A DNA stretch of 64,000 nucleotides from the NCBI GenBank assembly GCA_963555825.3, contig CAUVXB020000001.1, positions 2,208,001-2,272,000 of the forward strand. The letters are read 5' to 3'. Of this stretch, positions 33,030 through 42,979 are shown piece by piece. The translations under genes were made by a program, and so were the position numbers. This stretch comes from Alphaproteobacteria bacterium. Its GTDB lineage: Bacteria; Pseudomonadota; Alphaproteobacteria; JAAXGF01. The notes under the pieces are model-generated. The model was not told the DNA's origin and searched no databases. It was given only the letters and a program-made list of their open reading frames with translations. Every line of letters starts with the position of its first letter. Position 1 is the first letter of the stretch.

Positions 33030-33368
33030 CCCTCGTTCCTTACTACAGTGATCGCCCACGGTGTCGGAAACGGCCGCACGGCTCGCTGGCAAGGCAGGAA
33101 CTCTTGGCTCCCCTTGCCGGTTCGGGGCGCAACAATTCGGAAAGATCCATTCAAACTATCACACAATTCGCGGTTTGTAATGGTCCGGCGGCGGCGTCAG
33201 ATCGGACCCCGCTTGGGCAATATGGGAGCGGAAGCACGGGAAGCACTATGGCAGACCGCGCGCCGGGTCGTGGCAGCTTGCAAGACCCGTTACGAAATGA
33301 AGGGTGCAGAGATTGGCGACCCACTCTAGAGGCCCTTGACAGGCGATCATGGCCGCCCATCGATCCTC

Positions 33369-33551
33369 CTACGCTTCAGTAAGCCAGCTTCGCCCGTCGC
33401 GCCAGTCATCTGTAATCTTACAACGCGGGCAAATGCGCTCACCCAGCCAGTCACTCATGAACAGCTTGCGGCACTTCAAGCATCGTCGCTGCTCGCTCTC
33501 AGGCTCGCGTTCAGGCTCTGGCTTCAGTTTGCTATGGCGTAGTGAGAACAT
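33369..33551 (-). CDS. Small CxxC...CxxC zinc-finger protein
   Basis: RRCLKCRKLFMS....ERICPRCK. Confidence 0.6.
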   Translation of the reverse strand: MFSLRHSKLKPEPEREPESEQRRCLKCRKLFMSDWLGERICPRCKITDDWRDGRSWLTEA

Positions 33552-33580
33552 GCTTCAAGAAAGCGGCTTTCAAATCAGTT

Positions 33581-33769
33581 TCATCCCGAGCGCGTGGTGG
33601 CGGTTCCGCAGCGCCGACATTCCACCTTCTGCACTTGGCCACCTGCACCAAAGGCGCCGACCACCTCGATGAGACGGTAGTCGTGAAAGCTCAACCGGCA
33701 GAGAAGACGGCCGATCCAGTCGGGCAGCTTGTCGCGGCTTTCTGCCACGGTCCGAATTCTTGAACGCAA
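33581..33769 (-). CDS. Putative Zn-ribbon microprotein (start uncertain)
   Basis: IGRLLCRLSFHDYR...FGAGGQVQKVECRRCG. Confidence 0.6.
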   Translation of the reverse strand: MRSRIRTVAESRDKLPDWIGRLLCRLSFHDYRLIEVVGAFGAGGQVQKVECRRCGTATTRSG

Positions 33770-33775
33770 CCGCTG

Positions 33776-34807
33776 TCAGGGGACGGCGCCCGAGCCGCCC
33801 CTCCGGTTGTCGATCAGCACCTTGTCCATGTCGCGCATGATGACCTTCATGGTCTCCAGGTAGATGCGCCGCCTGGTGACGTCCTTCTGCTGCAGGTACT
33901 CCGCGTAGACCGACAGGAAGCGCTGCGACTCGCCGGTGGCGATGGCGATCTTCTGCTCCTTGTAGCCCTCGGCCTCGTTGACGATCTTCTCGGCCTCGCC
34001 CTCGGCGTGCGCCACCACCTCGTTCAGGTAGGCCGTCGCCTCGTTGACCTTGCGCTCCTTGTCGGCGCGCGCCGCCTGGACGTCGCGGAAGGCGGCCAGC
34101 ACGATGCCCGGCGGGTCGATCTTCTGGAGCTGCACGTCGGTCACCTCGATGCCGGAGCCGTATTGGTCGAGGATGCGCTGGACCAGCTCCTGCGCCTCGC
34201 CCTCGATGCGGACGCGGCCCTGGGTGCGCGCGAACTCGAACCCGGACTTGCCGATGATCTCGCGCAGCGCGCTCTCCGAGGCGTCCTTCACCGTTCGGTC
34301 GGGGTTGCGGATGTTGAACAGGTACAGCCCGGCGTCCTTGATCCGCCAGAAGGTCACGAAATTGACGTCGATGATGTTTTCGTCGCCGGTCAGCATCAGG
34401 CTTTCCCGGGGCACGCTGCGCACCAGGTCGGTCTGGCGCTGCTCGCCGCCCGAGAGAAAGCCTACCTCGGTGCGGTTCACCCGCGTCACCTTGGGCCTGA
34501 AAATTTCGCCAATCGGCGCCGGCAGATTGTAATTTAGGCCCGGCTGGGTGGTGCCGACCCATTCGCCGAAGATCAATGCAACGCCTTGTTCCTCGGGCTG
34601 CACCCGGTAGAACCCGGTGGCGAGCCAGCCGAGCAGCACGACGACGATGATGACCAGAATACCGCGCGCGCCGCCGACGCCGCCGGGGATCAGCCCGCGG
34701 ACCCGGTCCTGGCCCTTGCGCAGCAACTCCTCGAGGTCGGGCGGTCGCGGGCCCTGTGGGCCGCGGCCCCAGGGACCCTGGCCGCCGCCGCCTTGATTAT
34801 CCGACAT
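33776..34807 (-). CDS. hflK: HflK-like SPFH protein, solo copy clipped at both ends
   Basis: GPWG..PPDLEE, MLTGDENIID, AFRDVQAARAD, RIYLETM; stops at VP without the usual YLPL tail; no hflC. Confidence 0.8.
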   Translation of the reverse strand: MSDNQGGGGQGPWGRGPQGPRPPDLEELLRKGQDRVRGLIPGGVGGARGILVIIVVVLLGWLATGFYRVQPEEQGVALIFGEWVGTTQPGLNYNLPAPIGEIFRPKVTRVNRTEVGFLSGGEQRQTDLVRSVPRESLMLTGDENIIDVNFVTFWRIKDAGLYLFNIRNPDRTVKDASESALREIIGKSGFEFARTQGRVRIEGEAQELVQRILDQYGSGIEVTDVQLQKIDPPGIVLAAFRDVQAARADKERKVNEATAYLNEVVAHAEGEAEKIVNEAEGYKEQKIAIATGESQRFLSVYAEYLQQKDVTRRRIYLETMKVIMRDMDKVLIDNRRGGSGAVP

Positions 34808-35197
34808 TTCCCATATATTCCCAGATAACAGTCATATCGACTCCGACAGTACCCAAATTTCATCGGTCATTGGAATCGTTTCACCTCCGCAGCCGTCTGA
34901 CAGGCAGATTTTGGTCATTTGACTGTGTTCGCAAGCCCATTTGGTCCAGTTGTTCGTCACCCAGACGCACCTCTCCCGTCAACCGACATGTTCCCAGGCT
35001 CCCGTTCAGCATCGTGGTGGTGGCCTTGGCCGCAGACCATCGATCAGGCGCAGAATCTCGACGAACGGGGTTCTGGGTATGGCGACCTCCGCCATCTGGA
35101 AAGTGATGTAACGGCCGTGGCGCACGACCTTGTCGCCAATCTTGACCAGCTTCTCCCGCAGGATCGTAAGCGACCAATGCGCTGTTTCCTCGGGCGG
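34801..35197 (-). mobile_element. Right-end remnant of a second IS1380-family element
   Basis: HWSLTILREKLVKIGDKVVRHGRYITFQMAEVA matches the IS1380 C-terminus above; the end CCGACATTTCCCATATA matches its IRR. Confidence 0.8.
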
Positions 35198-35218
35198 GGT
35201 TTACTTCTGCTTTGGGTC

Positions 35219-36903
35219 CAGCCTGTGTGAGAACGTTTGCTGCTATTTCTGTGTGGCGCGTCTTTGGGTTTGGATGATCAGTCGGGACGTGTTTTCCGGG
35301 ATTATGGATTTTCGCCGCTCGTGCGGGCTTTTCGGCCGGCTGGCGCCGTTGTGAGCCGCGATGTGGCCGGGTATGGGCGTAATTGTCGGCGCAGGGGCGC
35401 CTATGCCGTCCTGATCGCCGCGATCAGCGGGTCGATGCCCATGATGTTCATGACGCGCTTGAGATTGTAGGCCAGCACGTGCAAGGCCATCTCGGTCCTC
35501 ACCCGCTTCAGCGTCTTCATCTGGAAGTGCGTCGCGCCCATCCAGGCCTTGAGGGTGCCGAAGGGATGCTCGGCCGTCTCGCGCCGCCGACGCATCGCCT
35601 CCGGGTGCTCGTCGAGCCGCCTCTCGACGGCCTCGAGAATGTGTTCGTGCTGCCAACGGGTGATGCGGCGCTGCTTGGCCGTGGTGCAGCGATGCTTGAT
35701 GGCGCATCCCTGACAGGCGTTGGTCCAGTAGCGCCGCATGCTCAGCCCCCTCTCCTGGCTGGTGAAGCGGTAGACCAAACGCTCGCCGGCCGGGCAGCGA
35801 TAGACATCGTCGGCGGCCAGATAGACGAAGTCCTGTTTGCCGAAGCGGCCCTTGGCCTTGGCTCCAGAGGTCAGCGGCTTAGGCAATGTGACGGTGATGC
35901 CGGCCTCATCGCAGGCCAGAATCTCCTTGCCGTTGTAGTAGCCGCGATCGGCAACGACATCCAACTCGTCGGTCTCCAGAGCCGCCTTGGTCCGCTTCGC
36001 CATGGCTGAGAGCTGGGCGCGGTCGGTGCCCTGATTGGTCACCTCGTGGGCAACGATCAGGTGATGCTTGGTGTCGACGGCGGCCTGAACGTTGTAGCCC
36101 ACCACGCCGGAACCCCGGCCGCTCGTCGCCATCGAGCGGGCATCGGGATCGCTCAGAGAGATCTGCTGGTCCGGGCTCGCACGCCGCTCGACTTCAAGCG
36201 CCTTCAGGCGCCGCATCTCCTGCTTGAGGATCGCAATCTTGTCGGCCAGACGAGTCGTCTTGGTCGTCCGCGCCAGCGACGGCTCTTGCCGGTCGGCGCT
36301 GTCCAACTGGTCCAGATAGCGCGCAACGCTCGCCTCGATCTGCGCCACCCGCCGCGCCATCTTGGCCCGCGTGAAGTTCCTGTCCCGGCTGTTGACCGCC
36401 TTGAACTTACTGCCGTCGATCGCCACGCTCGCCTCGGCGAACAGCCCCAGTTGCCGGCACAGGGCGACGAACCGGGCGCAGACCTTGCGGATCGCACGGC
36501 CGTTGTCCTTGCGGAAGTCGGCGATCGTCTTGTGATCCGGCGCCAGCCGGCCGACCAGCCACATCACTTCCACATTGCGCCCGGCCTCCCTCTCGAGCCG
36601 ACGGCTCGACTGAACCCGGTTGAGATAGCCGTAGATGTAGAGCTTCAACAAATCGCAAGGATGATAGGCCGGCCTGCCGGTCGCCAGCGGCTCGACCCGG
36701 TTAAAGCCGAGACCCCCAAGATCGAGCTCATCGACGAAGACGTCGATCGCCCGAACCGGGGTGTCCTCGCCGATCCAGTCTTCCAGGCGCTCGGGAAACA
36801 ACGTGCCCTGGCTGCGATCGACACCCTCCACAAAACGCTTCATCAGACCCTCCCGCCAAAGCACAAGAGAATCATAACACCATCGACGTATTCACACAGG
36901 CTG
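35219..36903 (-). mobile_element. IS1182-family element (1685 bp)
   Basis: IR CAGCCTGTGTGA..ACGT; 4-bp TSD GGTC at 35215-35218 and 36904-36907. Confidence 0.9.
35401..36843 (-). CDS. IS1182 transposase
   Basis: GRPAYHP, SSRRLE, PDHKTIADFR, IDGSK, ADRGYY, AEHPFGTLK. Confidence 0.93.
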   Translation of the reverse strand: MKRFVEGVDRSQGTLFPERLEDWIGEDTPVRAIDVFVDELDLGGLGFNRVEPLATGRPAYHPCDLLKLYIYGYLNRVQSSRRLEREAGRNVEVMWLVGRLAPDHKTIADFRKDNGRAIRKVCARFVALCRQLGLFAEASVAIDGSKFKAVNSRDRNFTRAKMARRVAQIEASVARYLDQLDSADRQEPSLARTTKTTRLADKIAILKQEMRRLKALEVERRASPDQQISLSDPDARSMATSGRGSGVVGYNVQAAVDTKHHLIVAHEVTNQGTDRAQLSAMAKRTKAALETDELDVVADRGYYNGKEILACDEAGITVTLPKPLTSGAKAKGRFGKQDFVYLAADDVYRCPAGERLVYRFTSQERGLSMRRYWTNACQGCAIKHRCTTAKQRRITRWQHEHILEAVERRLDEHPEAMRRRRETAEHPFGTLKAWMGATHFQMKTLKRVRTEMALHVLAYNLKRVMNIMGIDPLIAAIRTA

Positions 36904-37016
36904 GGTCATGAGCAGACCTCCAGCGATCTCGTCTTCGAAGTCCGGTTCGGAGCGGTAAGCGGACGTGCCCGCATGCGCGACGAGGCAAGCAAACCGGCCA
37001 AGGGCGACTAGCTGAT

Positions 37017-38861
37017 CTAATCGGCGAGCAGGCGCGCATCGCCGGCTGGTGTCTCGCGCGGCGCGACGTCGGTGTCGAACTGCAGCTCGGCGAGGCGGGC
37101 GTAGAGGCCGCCCTGGGCGATCAGCTCGTGGTGCGTGCCCTCGGCGACGGCGCGCCCGTGGTCCATGACGACGATCCGGTCGGCCTTGAGAACGGTCGCC
37201 AGGCGATGGGCGATGACGATCGTGGTGCGGCCGGCCATCAGCCGCTCGAGCGCTTGTTGCACCATGCGTTCGCTTTCCGCGTCGAGCGCGCTGGTCGCCT
37301 CGTCGAGCAACAGCACCGGCGCGTTGCGCAGGACCGCCCGGGCGATGGCGATGCGTTGGCGCTGGCCACCCGAGAGCTGTACGCCGCGCTCGCCGAGGTA
37401 GGTGCCGAAACCGTCGGGCAGCCGATCGATGAATTCGCTCGCCGCGGCGGCATCGGCGGCGGCGCGCAGCTCTGCGTCGCTCGCCTCGGGCCGGCCGTAG
37501 CGGATGTTCTCGGCGGCGTCGGCGGCGAACACGACTGGTTCCTGCGGCACCAGGGCGAGGCGCGCGCGGACCTCGGCTGGATCGGCGTCGCGCAGATCGA
37601 CGCCGTCGAGCGTGATGGTCCCGTTGCCCGGGTCGTAGAAGCGGAGCAGGAGTTGGAAGACGGTCGTCTTGCCGGCACCCGAGGGACCGACCAGGGCGAC
37701 CGTCTCGCCGGCGGAAACCCTGAGACTGAAGTGGTCGAGCGCCGATAACTCGGGGCGCGCCGGATAGCGGAAAGTGATGTCGTCGAACGCGACGACACCC
37801 TTGGGCGGCGTCGGCAGGGCGACCGGCGCGGCCGGCGCGGCCGGCGCGGCGATGCCGGGCGCGGTGGTCAGCAAATCCATCAGTCGCTCGGTCGCGCCCG
37901 CCGCGCGCTGCAGCTCGCCGACCACCTCGCTCAAGGCGCCGACCGAGCCGGCGACGACCACGGCGTAGAAGACGAAGGCCGACAGCTCGCCCGCGCTGAC
38001 CCGCCCGGCGATGACGTCGTGCCCGCCGATCCACAAGACCGTGCCGACCGCGCCGAACACGGTGACGATGACGAAGGCGGTGAGCATGGCGCGCGCGCTG
38101 ATCCGGCCGACCGCGGCGCCGAAGGCGTCCTCGACGCGCGCACCGAATCGGTCGCGCTCGAGCGGCTCGCGGCCGAAGGCCTGGACGGTGCGCACCGCGT
38201 GCAGGCTCTCGTCGATATGCGCGCCGATATCGGCGACGCGGTCCTGACTGAGGCGCGACAGGCGGCGCACGCGGCGGCCGAAGACGACGATCGGCAGGAT
38301 CACCACCGGCACGACCAAGAACACCAGCGCGGTCAACTTGGGACTGGTGATGGCCAAAAGCGCCGTACCGCCGAACAGCAGCAGCATGTTGCGCAGCGCC
38401 ATCGACGTGGTCGCGCCGAGCACGACCTGCAGCACGGTGGTGTCGGTGGTCAGCCGCGAGACGATCTCGCCGGTGCGCGTCGCCTCGAAGAACGCCGGGC
38501 TGATGCCGACGACGTGGCCGTAGACCGCGCGCCGGATGTCGGCGACGACGCGCTCGCCGATCCACGAGACCAGGTAATAGCGGCCATAGCTCGCCATCGC
38601 GAGCAGCGCGGTGACGCCGAGCATGACGATCAGCGCCTGGTCCAAGAGCGCCGTGTCGTCGCCACTGAAGCCCTCGTCGACCAGCCGGCGCAGGCCGAAA
38701 CCGAGCGCCAGCACCGTGCCCGCCGCGGTTATCAGCGCGACCATGGCGCCCGCGATAGCCAATTTGTAGGGCGCCAGAAACGGCAGCACGCGGCGCAGCT
38801 GGCCGAGCTCGCGGCCACGCGTGCGGTCGCCGGCGACATCGTCGGTTCCGGGTCGCCTCAT
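37017..38861 (-). CDS. MsbA-related ABC exporter (permease plus ATPase)
   Basis: Six TM helices, GPSGAGKTT, LSGGQRQR, LLLDEATSALD. Confidence 0.92.
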   Translation of the reverse strand: MRRPGTDDVAGDRTRGRELGQLRRVLPFLAPYKLAIAGAMVALITAAGTVLALGFGLRRLVDEGFSGDDTALLDQALIVMLGVTALLAMASYGRYYLVSWIGERVVADIRRAVYGHVVGISPAFFEATRTGEIVSRLTTDTTVLQVVLGATTSMALRNMLLLFGGTALLAITSPKLTALVFLVVPVVILPIVVFGRRVRRLSRLSQDRVADIGAHIDESLHAVRTVQAFGREPLERDRFGARVEDAFGAAVGRISARAMLTAFVIVTVFGAVGTVLWIGGHDVIAGRVSAGELSAFVFYAVVVAGSVGALSEVVGELQRAAGATERLMDLLTTAPGIAAPAAPAAPVALPTPPKGVVAFDDITFRYPARPELSALDHFSLRVSAGETVALVGPSGAGKTTVFQLLLRFYDPGNGTITLDGVDLRDADPAEVRARLALVPQEPVVFAADAAENIRYGRPEASDAELRAAADAAAASEFIDRLPDGFGTYLGERGVQLSGGQRQRIAIARAVLRNAPVLLLDEATSALDAESERMVQQALERLMAGRTTIVIAHRLATVLKADRIVVMDHGRAVAEGTHHELIAQGGLYARLAELQFDTDVAPRETPAGDARLLAD

Positions 38862-38946
38862 CGGCCGCGCCGCCTAACTGCGGCCGCTGCTTGGGAGACA
38901 GCCTTGAAACTGCCGAAACTCACGGTCATGTAGTGTTTTGCCCGCC

Positions 38947-39220
38947 CTAGCACGGACTTCTCACCATGGACAGGCGCGTCATCGCGTCGGGCGGTCGCCG
39001 ATCCGCCAGGAGAAGGCCGCGGCGCGTAGCCTGGGCTACGCGCAAGGCCTTCGACGCCGCGGGCGGCCCGGGCGGCGCGACCCGAAGGGCGGCGGATCTC
39101 GGACGACAGGCCGCGTCAAAGCGCTTGCCCGATGCGCAAGCATCGGGCGGCACGCTTTTCCTAGTCTGTCGTCCGATATCCGCCGTGCCGCACCTGTCCA
39201 TGGTAAGAAGGCAGAGCTTG
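38947..39220. repeat. ~274-bp MITE-like palindromic element, copy 2 (inverted)
   Basis: Reverse-complement homolog of 5195-5467. Confidence 0.8.
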
Positions 39221-39375
39221 CGCCCGTCAAATTGCGGGGCGGGCTATCGGTATCGCATGGCGGCGGACAACACAAGGCCGCTAGGCAAGACAGATCAAGA
39301 CGGTTAGGCGAAAAGTCGACTTGCCGGACGGCTTCGGCTTGGCTATAACTCGCGCCCGGTCCGAGGAGCACTGTG

Positions 39376-39597
39376 ATGAAAAAAGATATCCACCCCGATT
39401 ACCACGAAATCAACGTGGTGATGACTGACGGTACGAATTTCACGACGCGTTCGACCTGGGGCGAGCCCGGCGCCACGATGACGCTCGACGTCGATCCCAA
39501 GTCGCACCCGGCGTGGACCGGCGGCGCGACGCGTGTCGTCGACCGCGGTCAGGTGGCGAAGTTCCGCAAACGCTTCGGCAGCTTCGGCCTCAAGTAA
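39376..39597 (+). CDS. rpmE: 50S ribosomal protein L31
   Basis: [20 protein letters not shown]. Confidence 0.96.
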   Translation: MKKDIHPDYHEINVVMTDGTNFTTRSTWGEPGATMTLDVDPKSHPAWTGGATRVVDRGQVAKFRKRFGSFGLK

Positions 39598-39714
39598 CCG
39601 CTGCGCGCGGGCCGCTTTGCGCGGCTCCGCGATTGACTCGAAACGCGCAGACTTCTATAGAGCGGGACAAGTTTTCGTCCCGTCCAGAACAATCGGAATT
39701 ACGGAGCATAACCG

Positions 39715-39849
39715 GTGAAACGCACGTTCCAGCCCAGCGTCCTCGTCCGCAAGCGGCGCCATGGATTTCGCGCCCGCATGGCGACCGCTGGTGGCCGCAA
39801 GGTTCTGGCCAATCGCCGCGCCAAGGGGCGCAAGCGGCTCTCAGCCTGA
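39715..39849 (+). CDS. rpmH: 50S ribosomal protein L34 (not in the ORF track)
   Basis: [24 protein letters not shown]...[11 protein letters not shown]. Confidence 0.96.
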   Translation: MKRTFQPSVLVRKRRHGFRARMATAGGRKVLANRRAKGRKRLSA

Positions 39850-39854
39850 TTTCG

Positions 39855-40238
39855 ATGGTCGTCCGCATCGCGCGGCTCAAGCGGCGTGCCGAATTCCTGC
39901 GCGTCGCCAGTACGCGGCGGAAGTGGGTAACGCCCGGCCTCATTCTTCAGGCGGCTGACGGCGCCGCGGAAGGCGATTTCCGCGTCGGCTTTACGGCCAG
40001 CCGCAAGGTTGGCGCTGCGGTCGCGCGCAACCGGGCACGCCGTCGCCTGCGCGCCGTCGTCGACCGGGTCATGCCGACGCGCGCCCGGCCCGGCACCGAT
40101 TACGTCGTCATCGCGCGTCAGGCGACCGTCGCGCGCCCGTTCGACGCGTTGGTCGGCGACATGGAAGAAGCATTCGACCGGCTCGCCGCGAAGCACCAGC
40201 GCGCCACGGAACGAGGGCAAGGGAAAGCCGCGACATGA
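39855..40238 (+). CDS. rnpA: Ribonuclease P protein component
   Basis: [24 protein letters not shown]. Confidence 0.93.
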   Translation: MVVRIARLKRRAEFLRVASTRRKWVTPGLILQAADGAAEGDFRVGFTASRKVGAAVARNRARRRLRAVVDRVMPTRARPGTDYVVIARQATVARPFDALVGDMEEAFDRLAAKHQRATERGQGKAAT

Positions 40239-40498
40239 AAGTCATAAGCCTGCTGCTGCGCGGCCTCGTCCGCCTCTATCAGTGGACGATCTCGCCGATT
40301 CTCGCGCCGCGCTGCCGGTTCCTGCCGACCTGCTCGGAATATGCCATCGACGCGATCGACCGGCATGGCCCGTTCGCGGGCGGCTGGCTCGCGCTCAAGC
40401 GCATTGCCCGCTGCCACCCGTGGGCCGGCTGGGGCTACGATCCGGTACCCGACGCGGGCGCGCGGCGCGACGCCGACGACGATCATGCCGCGGCCTGA
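40235..40498 (+). CDS. yidD: Membrane protein insertion efficiency factor
   Basis: [24 protein letters not shown]. Confidence 0.95.
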   Translation: MKVISLLLRGLVRLYQWTISPILAPRCRFLPTCSEYAIDAIDRHGPFAGGWLALKRIARCHPWAGWGYDPVPDAGARRDADDDHAAA

Positions 40499-40519
40499 CC
40501 CAGCAGCGGAACAACTGAC

Positions 40520-42322
40520 ATGACCGACCAGAAAAACCTGCTGCTGTTCGTCGGCATCACTATGGTGATCCTGATCGGCTTCGAGTTCCTCTATGTCGCG
40601 CCGCAACGGGAGCAGTTCGAAGAACAGCAGGCGTTGCAGCAGGCAATCGACGACGCCAACCAAGAGGCGCAGCCGCCGGCCGCGCCACAGGCGCCATCGA
40701 CGGCGGGCGGTGGCGAAGCGCCGGCGCTGCCCGGCACCGCCGCGACGCCCGGCGGCGAAGGCGCGATCAGCCGGGACATGGCGCTCGCCCAGACGTCGCG
40801 CGTCGCGATCGCGGCGCCGCGCGTCGGCGGCTCGATATCGCTGACCGGCGGGCGGATCGACGACCTGACCCTGATCGATTACAACGAGACGCTCGAGCCG
40901 GACAGCCCGAAGATCGACCTCCTGCTCCCGGTCGGCACCGCCGACGCCTATTACGCCGAATTCGGCTGGGTGCCCCAGGACGCGACGGTCGCGGTGCCGA
41001 GCAGCGAAACCGAGTGGACGGCCGACGCCGCGGCGCTGGTGGTCGGCACACCGGTTAATCTGAGCTGGGACAACGGCAACGGCCTGCGCTACGTCAACCG
41101 GTTCGAAATCGATGCCGACTACATGTTCACAGTCACCCAGCGCGTCGAAAACTCGGGCGTGACACCGGTGACGCTGTATCCCTACGGCCTGATCAGCCGG
41201 AGCGAGACACCGGTGACGCTCGGTTTCTATATCCTGCATGAGGGGCTGCTCGGCGTCTTCAACGGCACGCTCGACGAACAGGATTACGACGATCTGCAGG
41301 AAAAGGGCACGATCAACGCCTCGAGCACGGGCGGCTGGATCGGCATCACCGACAAGTACTGGTTGGTCGCGCTGGTGCCTGACCAGGCGGCGCCGTTCTC
41401 TGCGCGTTACGTCTTCAATCCACGCGGCGGTCGGGACAAATACCAGGTCGACTACCAACGCGAGGCCATGGTCGTGCTGCCTGGCGGCAGCATCGAAGTG
41501 ACCGATCATCTCTTCGCCGGCGCCAAGGAAGTGCGTGTCCTCGACAACTACCAGAATGCCCTGAGCATCACCAATTTCGACCTCGCCGTCGACTGGGGCT
41601 GGTTCTATTTCCTGACCCGCCCGTTCTTCCTGATTCTCAGTTACTTCACCAAGCTGATCGGCAACTTCGGCCTCTCGATCCTGCTGTTCACGGTGATCAT
41701 CAAGCTGATCTTCTTCCCGCTCGCCAACAAGTCGTACAAGTCGATGAGCAAGATGAAGAAGCTGCAGCCCAAGATGGTCGAGATGAAAGAGAAGTACGGC
41801 GACGACAAGGCCAAGCTGCAGCAGGAGATGATGGCACTCTACAAGGCGGAGAAGGTCAACCCGATGTCGGGTTGCCTGCCTATCATCGTCCAGATTCCGG
41901 TGTTCTTCGCGCTCTACAAGGTGCTGTTCGTCTCGATCGAGATGCGCCACACGCCGTTCTACGGCTGGATCCGGGACCTCTCGGCGCCCGATCCGACGAC
42001 CGTGTTCAATCTCTTCGGGCTGATCCCCTGGACGCCGCCCGACATGCTGCTGATCGGTGTCTGGCCGCTGATCATGGGCGCCACCATGTGGTTGCAGCAG
42101 AAGCTCAACCCGACGCCGCCCGATCCGACCCAGGCCAAGATCATGATGATGCTGCCCATTGTGTTCACCTTCATCCTGGCGCGCTTCCCGGCCGGCTTGG
42201 TAATCTACTGGTGCTGGAACAACACGCTTTCGATCGCCCAGCAATGGTTCATCATGCACAAGATGGGCGTCAAGATCGGGGATTCGGGCAGTGCCGCCAA
42301 GCCGACCGACAAGTCTTCTTGA
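40520..42322 (+). CDS. yidC: Membrane protein insertase YidC
   Basis: VDWGWF, GCLPIIVQIPVFFALY, WIRDLSAPDP. Confidence 0.97.
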   Translation: MTDQKNLLLFVGITMVILIGFEFLYVAPQREQFEEQQALQQAIDDANQEAQPPAAPQAPSTAGGGEAPALPGTAATPGGEGAISRDMALAQTSRVAIAAPRVGGSISLTGGRIDDLTLIDYNETLEPDSPKIDLLLPVGTADAYYAEFGWVPQDATVAVPSSETEWTADAAALVVGTPVNLSWDNGNGLRYVNRFEIDADYMFTVTQRVENSGVTPVTLYPYGLISRSETPVTLGFYILHEGLLGVFNGTLDEQDYDDLQEKGTINASSTGGWIGITDKYWLVALVPDQAAPFSARYVFNPRGGRDKYQVDYQREAMVVLPGGSIEVTDHLFAGAKEVRVLDNYQNALSITNFDLAVDWGWFYFLTRPFFLILSYFTKLIGNFGLSILLFTVIIKLIFFPLANKSYKSMSKMKKLQPKMVEMKEKYGDDKAKLQQEMMALYKAEKVNPMSGCLPIIVQIPVFFALYKVLFVSIEMRHTPFYGWIRDLSAPDPTTVFNLFGLIPWTPPDMLLIGVWPLIMGATMWLQQKLNPTPPDPTQAKIMMMLPIVFTFILARFPAGLVIYWCWNNTLSIAQQWFIMHKMGVKIGDSGSAAKPTDKSS

Positions 42323-42968
42323 CGGCGCCAACGACGCGGCCGCGATCGAGGCCGGCCGCAAGCTCTTCGCGCAGACCTGCGACTTCGTCACCGGCGCCGC
42401 GAGCCACGATGGCCTGCCCGCCGCGGCATTGGTCGAGGTCGCCTTCGCCGGGCGTTCGAACGTCGGCAAGTCGAGCCTGATCAACGCGCTGACCGGGCGC
42501 CGCACGCTGGCGCGCACGTCGAACACGCCGGGCCGCACCCAGCAGATCAACTTCTTCGATCTCGGCGGCCGACTCATGCTGGTCGACCTGCCCGGCTACG
42601 GCTACGCCAAGGCGCCGCGCGCCGAAATCGACGCCTGGACCGATCTGGTCAACGCCTATCTGGTCGACCGGCCGACGCTGCGCCGCATCTGCCTGCTGAT
42701 CGACGCGCGCCATGGCGCCAAGGACAACGACCGCCGGGTGATGGCGATGCTCGACACCGCCGCGGTGACCTATCAGGCGGTGCTGACCAAGGCCGACAAG
42801 GTCACGTCGGCCGCGCTCGAAGACGTCGTGGCGGCCCTCGGCGGCGAGCTCGCCCGCCACGCCGCGGCACACCCCGAGATCGCGGTCACCAGCGCGCAAT
42901 CGGGCGACGGCATCGCCAATTTGCGCGCCACACTCGCAGCGCTGGCAGGTCCCAAAGAGTTCGTTTAG
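42291..42968 (+). CDS. engB: GTP-binding protein EngB/YihA (start uncertain)
   Basis: [22 protein letters not shown]. Confidence 0.92.
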   Translation: MPPSRPTSLLDGANDAAAIEAGRKLFAQTCDFVTGAASHDGLPAAALVEVAFAGRSNVGKSSLINALTGRRTLARTSNTPGRTQQINFFDLGGRLMLVDLPGYGYAKAPRAEIDAWTDLVNAYLVDRPTLRRICLLIDARHGAKDNDRRVMAMLDTAAVTYQAVLTKADKVTSAALEDVVAALGGELARHAAAHPEIAVTSAQSGDGIANLRATLAALAGPKEFV

Positions 42969-42979
42969 AGTCCCGCGCC

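Larger units (their letters stand above)
25343..37011. mobile_element. Genomic island bounded by a 20-bp direct repeat, with no integrase
   Basis: AACCGGCCAAGGGCGACTAG at 25343-25362 (abrB 3' end) and 36992-37011; IS-rich, lower-GC content between them. Confidence 0.75.

Noticed and set aside
42291-42345. Programmed frameshift at the engB start (TTG overlapping the yidC stop is out of frame)
   Set aside because: A one-base consensus error or the upstream GTG start explains it more simply; no slippery site seen
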